In this document: in pieces, positions 57,927 through 64,000 of the stretch
Layout of the letters: each line of letters starts with the position of its first letter
Position numbering within the stretch: the first letter of the stretch is position 1
NCBI GenBank assembly: GCA_965603825.1
Contig: CBFDEM010000013.1
Span: 806,001-870,000, forward strand
Length of the DNA: 64,000 nucleotides
Direction: 5' to 3'
Origin: Blepharisma stoltei ATCC 30299
Lineage: Eukaryota; Protista; Ciliophora
Position numbers and translations under genes: made by a program
The notes under the pieces: model-generated
The model's input: the letters and a program-made list of their open reading frames with translations, nothing else
Told to the model about the DNA's origin: nothing
The model's database searches: none

Positions 57927-58874
57927 ATGGAAACACCAACAGATACTCTGGACGAAAAAATCAGAAAAATTATAAGTGAATACAGCTGCATACACTGTGG
58001 CAGCCCAATCAGCAAAAGTGCGCAGCATAGTGAGCTATATCGAACTTCCCCAGCCAAATTTAATTTCGCAGACCAAGCAGACTCAGTTAAAGACCAAGGC
58101 CAAAATGCTAGCTTAATAAAGCCATCTTCAGAGTCAAATTCTCTATTTTTAGAATCATTAGAAACCTTTGCTGCGTTAAAATCAAAACTTCCTCAGTCTT
58201 CTCAACCCCCAATAACTCCATGTGCAGGAGTCGTGATTCCTTTGAGATCAGGAGAAACAGTCATTTCGCATGGAGACGCGATCAAAAAATTCAAAGTAAC
58301 TAGAGCTGTTCCTTTGAAGAAACATTCTGAAAGTAAAAAAACACAGCAGCAAAACTTGAAAAATGAACGAAAAATCAGCTTAAAACCAAAAAATGAGGCA
58401 AAAATTACCCCAAAAACTCCTCTTTCCAGCACAGGACCAATAAAGACTCCGCTAAAACCAAAAGAAATTTCCAGCCCAAAATCTCCTAAAGTAATAGAAT
58501 TTTCCTTAAAAGAATATTTTGTGAGCAAAGACCTTTCCCCAACCCCATTATTAGATGTCCCTAAGCCATATCCCTATAAATCAGCTGACTTAGAGCAGCC
58601 ATCTCCAACACCCCATAGAAATATCACAATAAATCTAGTAGAAAGCATAAAACAGTGAAACCCTTTAGACTCTCCTAAAACAGCTGATGCCTTAACAGCC
58701 AGGTCAGCTGCATCTCCTAATAACAAAAAATCCAGCTATAGAGCCTTATTAAGTAAATCCCACAGCACAAAATTTATTGACATAAAAAATCCTATAATTG
58801 AAAAAAGGAGGTTTTCCGAAGATAACGTAAAATCTAATAGTGATTTCGCCCCAAGACTTAAAAGAAAGCCATAA
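57927..58874 (+). CDS. S/P/K-rich uncharacterised protein, 315 aa
   Basis: ATG 57927 (METPT). The frame continues past TGA 58656-58658 to TAA 58872-58874. Confidence 0.65.
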
Positions 58875-58906
58875 TACATTAGGGAAGTCTATTATAAATA
58901 TTTCAT

Positions 58907-59884
58907 TTATATTTTAAGTATTTTTAGTCCTCTATTATAAGCTAGTGCAATCCAGTCTGGGTTTATATGTGACCTCTGCACATTGTTGATTTCTGATTCT
59001 ATAGAATATGAATATATCGGGGACGAGCTTTGGCTTTGGCCTTTAATTTCCCATATAAGTGCCTGATGGTCATCACTGCCTGTAAGCAGCTGGTTTCCTG
59101 ACACAGGTGACCAAGCAAGCGCATTTACACAGCTATTATGTCCTAACAGCTGAGTTACCGGCCCTGACAAATTTCGTATATCTAAAATCACGACTGTTGA
59201 AGAATCCATTACAATGGTCGCCAAATAATTCGGATCCAGCTTGCTCCACGCCAGTCTTAAACAAGGGTAAAAATCCTGCCGCTCATACAAAACAGTGCTG
59301 GACTCCAAATTTCTCAAATCAAACTGTCTAACAGACCCATCGCCTCCAGCTGTTGCAAAAATATTAACACCCTGGGCAAAAGCAATATCATAGGCTTCTT
59401 TGTCGTGGGCGATCATTTTGGCTCTGACTTCTTCACGCTCAATATCCCAAATTGCGCAGGTTGAGTCTATTGAAGAGGTCCCAATCATCGTCAAATCAGT
59501 AGAATTCCAGTCAAAACTGGTCAGAGGAGGTGGGAAATCTTTTTTAGATATATCCACAAGGGTGCTTTTTAAAGAAATTTCAGTTTCATGCTGCCATATC
59601 CTTAGACAATCACCAACAGACGCGAATAATTCTGAGTGAGCGCCAGATGTGTCAGGGCTAAATAGAATTTTGGTTTGTGGATAAGTGACCTCTTGTTGGG
59701 TTTTGCATTCGTAATTTTCTGAATTTTTGTCAATAATTTGGATTGAATTGTGCTGGGTTTCTGTGAAAGACCCAATCGCAAGCCTATAAGGGCTGCTAGG
59801 GGAGTTGGAGAAAGATAAAGAATAAACAGTTCAGGGAGTTGTGTAGTCATAGTTAAAAACCTCTTGAGGTGGGTCTGAAGACAT
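58907..59884 (-). CDS. DCAF7: DCAF7/WDR68/AN11-like WD40 protein, 325 aa
   Basis: YTTP-W(TGA)-TVY, RLAIGSF, PLTSFDWN, GTSSIDSTCAIWD, IAHDKEAYDIAF and DGSVRQFDLR. Confidence 0.9.
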
Positions 59885-59905
59885 TATTTAATTAAAATTA
59901 CCTCT

Positions 59906-60712
59906 TTAATAGGATTTTTCATCACAATTCCTTCTTATATAAGTTTCGATGCTTTCAAGTGTTATAGAATTAAGCTTATTTGCGTCATAATGAGAGGTTT
60001 GGGAATGGAGTACTCTTAAAAGTGCTCTCTTGCAGGCGTCAATTCTCTCAATATCAAGAGAAATTTGGGTAAACAGTAGCTGGATTCACTGATTTCTGAA
60101 ATTTAGTTGGTTGTATTGCTCAAGAGCACAAATTGTGCTTGATATCGCAATTTCTAAGGGTCTATATTGGGAGAGCTCATAGTTTCCATAGCAGACGCAG
60201 GCAAAAGCATCAAGGCGGTCATAGATCCTACAGAAGTCGTTGTCAAGGCCAGTTAGAATTAGCAGTCTTCGGGCAAGCTCTGAAGCTGTAGTTATGTTAA
60301 GCTTCCATTCAAGCTTATGCAAAATGAAGACTTCTGTCAGTTGTATTTCTGAAATTCTATGTCTGCTCCCTGCATGAGTTAAAGCATCCTGCAATGTGAG
60401 TTGTTTGCTTTCGTTAAATTTGATTGAGATCATTATTGTTACGATTCCAAGCAATTGCATAACGCTTTTTGCTGTTTTTACCTTAGAGAGAAATAAATCC
60501 ATCAAAGTTATAGCAAACTGAATTGTTTCAACCCGTAAGTTCAAATCGTGAGACAGCTTGAACATCCATTGTACTAGCTTGTCCCGCATTCAGCCTTGAA
60601 TTTCGTTGCCAGCAAGAAAATTTTCAAGGGGAGGCTTGTCTCTTTCTCTGCTAAGAAGAAAGTTCAGAGATTCAATGTTATTTTCAAATACTTGGTTACA
60701 CTTTTTAGACAT
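59906..60712 (-). CDS. Cyclin, 268 aa
   Basis: Cyclin box QG-W-MRDKLVQWMF...ETIQFAITLMDLFL...MQLLGIVTIMISIKFNE...EVFILHKLEWKL. 2 TGA=Trp. Confidence 0.88.
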
Positions 60713-61281
60713 CTTCTATTTAATTGGAAGTAAAAAGTTTTTAGACTTTACACGCTCTTAAATTATTATAAATTTAAAGACAAATAGAGCAGTTTTATGA
60801 AATGGCAAAACAAAAATATAATCAATTTTTAGTTGCATAGCTAAAATTGATGAATTATAGCTGTTGCATAAATTAAGGTTATTGGTTAATATTAATCATT
60901 ACGAAATTATTAAAATATTATGTTCTTCATTTTCCTTAGATTCCCAATTGAGGAGGCTTATATTTTTTGGTTATTATTAAATTTATATTATTTAAAGAGC
61001 TTATAATATGAAAATAATTATACAAGAGTAATCTTATACAATGTTTTTTAAATTCTATTAAATAGTTACTAATTATTTTAAGAAAAACATACGATTTGAT
61101 CAAAAGGAGAGTAAGAGCAATTTTTAATCTAAAATAATCATTATTAGTAATGAAATGCTATAAAATAAAGCTAATTTAAATTTTGTTAATTTCTTTTATT
61201 CAAAGCTAAATCTATGCATTAAAATTAATTTCATTTCAATTTACTATGCATTAATTAATCAAAATAGGGTTTATTAATAAA

Positions 61282-62251
61282 TTATTGAGCCTTAATTAAT
61301 TTTTTTGGAACACTCACAGACCTAGGGCTATATTGTTGAAGCTTAATAAAATCAGACGAATCGTAGCATACTTTGCAATAAGTATAAGTAGGCTTCACAA
61401 GTACGTCACCTTTTATACTGCCAAAATCAATTTTCGACAAGCTCATATTGGGATCTGGCTCATGTCTCCACGAATTTTCTGCTGTTGGCTGGCTTCGCTC
61501 ATCTTGTCTATTAATTTGGTTCCTCGGAGACATTTGCATTGCTTTTACCCAATTTCCGTCTGTAATTGGCCTATTATTTGCTGACTTGATATTGTATAAG
61601 GTCTCTTTATTATGATCAATAAATCTGACATCCAAATTTAGCGGGGAAAGAGTTTTTGGCCTTGAAATAGCAGTCTTTGTCATCGGTCTTTCATCAGCTT
61701 CATTGCTTGGATTCAATTGAAGCCTCATAAGCCTTTTTAACTCACCTTTTGGGCGTATATTCAAAACGTTTCTATGTAAAAATTTACAGCTTGTTTTCCA
61801 AATAATTTTTCATATAATCAAGCTCATCTCTAAGACTTTGATTGGTTTGTTCTAATAACTAATTAGGAAATACTGAAATTTTCTTAATTTCGTCTGGGTA
61901 TCGCTTTATACCTCTGAGGCGATGCTTAGTAGGAGAAGATGTCTCAGTGCTAATATCAATTGATGGTAATGTGGTAGATAAGGTATTTTCATAAATATAT
62001 GATCTGTCAGTGCCTATTTTTTGGCATCTTTTTCCATTACGTTCAGCAGGAATTTTAATTGGACTTATTTCTCTAAGAATAAAAGTTTTTCCAGCTGTTT
62101 TTTTGAATTCTTGAGATATTTCATTTTGCGAGTTGCGGCGCTGTTCATAAAAATTTGAATTATTTACTGTCTGGATTGCTCTGGTAGCTAGATTTGGGAG
62201 AACCTTTATATGAGACTCTATTGCTTGATGAATTTGAGAATCAAGAGACAT
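61282..62251 (-). CDS. Uncharacterised protein, ~312 aa, 2 tiny introns
   Basis: Two ORF-track pieces join through introns 61859-61873 and 61772-61787. Confidence 0.7.
61772..61787 (-). other. 16-nt spliceosomal intron
   Basis: GTAAATTTTTACATAG; removal restores the frame. Confidence 0.8.
61859..61873 (-). other. 15-nt spliceosomal intron
   Basis: GTATTTCCTAATTAG; retention gives an in-frame TAG. Confidence 0.8.
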
Positions 62252-62276
62252 TTTAATTTAATTAAATAACAAAAAA

Positions 62277-63038
62277 TTATGGTAGTGGGCCTAAATATCC
62301 AGGCTCTCCAGGTCTTAATCTGTGAGATTTGCTGTACTGTGGATCAAAAACTTGAAGATTAGGATACTTAATTTCTTGGCTCCCAGGCTCTTGTTTTATT
62401 GCTTCATAGCTCTGGTGTGATGGGTCAGTTGTATGCTGCACTTTTTCATATATGACATCTCCTTGTCTAATCAAAGCTGGCTCTATAGGCTTATCAAAAG
62501 ACGCCTGAGGGATTTTGTCAGACTCTTGAAGGTTGCTTCCTAAATTCTGCTCATGCTGCGGCCTAGCTGGCGTACTTTGAATTTGTGTAAACCCCTGGTC
62601 ATATTCAGGCTTAATATATCCAAATTGATAAAATCCTCCTTCAGCTGCTCCGTGTTGTAAATTAACTGGATAATACACAAATCTCAAAAATACCTGCCCA
62701 GCATTTTTTTCTTGAAAATTTATCGCAAACCATCCTTCAAAATTTTTCATAAGAAATATATTTGCGAGTGGGATTTTTGCGTTGCCGATTTCTTCATCAC
62801 CTTTTATAGGTCTTCTGTCCCATATAGAAACTTCAAGAGAGTCCTCATTTGTTACCAAAAAATTAAATTGCTCTTTTCAATTAGGGAATTTTCCGGCATT
62901 TATATCAATATTTGAGCATAAAGTTTGTTTCCCGACTTTTATCATACAGTAAGGATCCATCGTGCCAAATGTTTCGACGTCTCTGACAAGCTTGGCGCTT
63001 GCAGGGTGTACAACTAAGATTCCTGATTGATTTGCCAT
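62277..63038 (-). CDS. C2-domain protein, 253 aa
   Basis: SAKLVRDVETFGTMDPYC...GKFPN-W(TGA)-KEQF...WDRRPIKGDEEIG; P/Q-rich tail. Confidence 0.88.
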
Positions 63039-63101
63039 TTTAATTAAAAAATTATGAGCCAACCAATTCATTTTTTTGTCAGATTTTAATTAAGCTATTA
63101 G

Positions 63102-63668
63102 TTAATCTGTTTTGCGCCTCTCAAATTTTAGAAGTGGATCTGTATCTGTTAATCCACCTGAAAATTCTTCTAGCTGAGCTTTAGTCTCGTGCTTTGGGGG
63201 TAGTGTAAAATCGTGCAATGGATGGGTTTCTTTTTCATGCTCAAAACCAATCAGCTTTGGCTCAATATTTCCTATTTTTGAAGGAAACTCTTGAGAGCCA
63301 GGACTAAATTTCATATAAATTCTAATCTGCCCAGCATTTTCGTTTTCATGATATATTCCGATTCAGTCTTCTAAAATATTTGTAGTAAAAATATTTTCTA
63401 AAGGAATTGTGGCACTTCCTATTTCTTGGTCGCCTTTAATTGTCCTCCTATCAATTACTGTAAGCTTTATATGGTTCTCACCAGAAATTTTAAATATGAA
63501 TTCATCACTCCAATGAGGGTTAGTCCCCCCGCTCTCACAGACTTTTGTGCTGAATATTTGATCATCAATTTTAATTTCACAGTAGGGACTCATAATTCCA
63601 AGCATTTCTACATCTCGTACTAATTTTGCACTTATAGGCTTTATATATAAAATACCAGATTTTTCCAT
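63102..63668 (-). CDS. C2-domain protein paralog, 188 aa
   Basis: SAKLVRDVEMLGIMSPYC...GGTNPHWSDEF...DRRTIKGDQEIG...LED-W(TGA)-IGI. Confidence 0.88.
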
Positions 63669-63823
63669 ATTATTTTTATGGAAAATTTGAATTTCTACAA
63701 TAGTTAATTTTCTGTTAAGCTTTATTAAATAAACAAATGTGAGAAGTAGCTTATAATTTATATTAAAATCTGCAAATTCAATCTGATAATTTAAATAAAT
63801 TAATCGTTTTTAATTAAAAAGAT

Positions 63824-64000
63824 CTAATATCCTTGCTGAGGAAGATGCTGCCCCATTCCTTGTTGGCCAACACCCTGTCCTGCACCCAGAAATTCTTCAT
63901 TGAACACTATCTGAAGTCTAATTTGGCCTGCCACACTTCCTTTATGAATCAAATCAACCCAGTCTTCAAACTGCTTCATGCTAATCACATTCATTAATGG
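63824..64000 (-). CDS. Third C2-domain paralog, 3' part only
   Basis: PLMNVISMKQFEDWVDLIHKGSVAGQIRLQIVF...QQGY-TAG aligns with the end of the C2 domain in the two neighbours. Confidence 0.75.
   Translation of the reverse strand, partial: PLMNVISMKQFEDWVDLIHKGSVAGQIRLQIVFNEEFLGAGQGVGQQGMGQHLPQQGY

Overview
This is gene-dense, AT-rich eukaryotic nuclear DNA, most likely the somatic (macronuclear) genome of a heterotrich ciliate such as Blepharisma (inference). Two features explain why the ORF track looks fragmented. (1) TGA is read as tryptophan, while TAA and TAG remain stops: I count over 50 in-frame TGAs, many at invariant Trp positions. (2) Genes carry tiny 15-16 nt GT-AG introns, all with an A six bases from the 3' end (17 found). 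Re-read this way, the window holds about 43 protein genes. They include PF16/SPAG6, PKA-C, a STE20 kinase, DPH3, CNOT10, a USP9X/24-like deubiquitinase, GAPDH, an ABCC transporter, 14-3-3, LC8 dynein, DCAF7, a cyclin and a C2-domain tandem array, often only 14-35 nt apart. I saw no tRNA, rRNA, CRISPR array, telomere or autonomous transposon. The best leads are: an ATF6-like membrane-tethered bZIP with a UPRE-like site in its own promoter; two paralogous WD40-ankyrin-TRP-like channels with a decayed paralog fragment next to a direct-repeat-bounded hairpin element; strongly gene-dependent use of the reassigned TGA codon; an unexplained +1 frameshift; and unusual domain fusions (FYR + U-box, and a USP capped by Tudor-like domains). 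All family assignments come from motif recognition by eye, not database searches.
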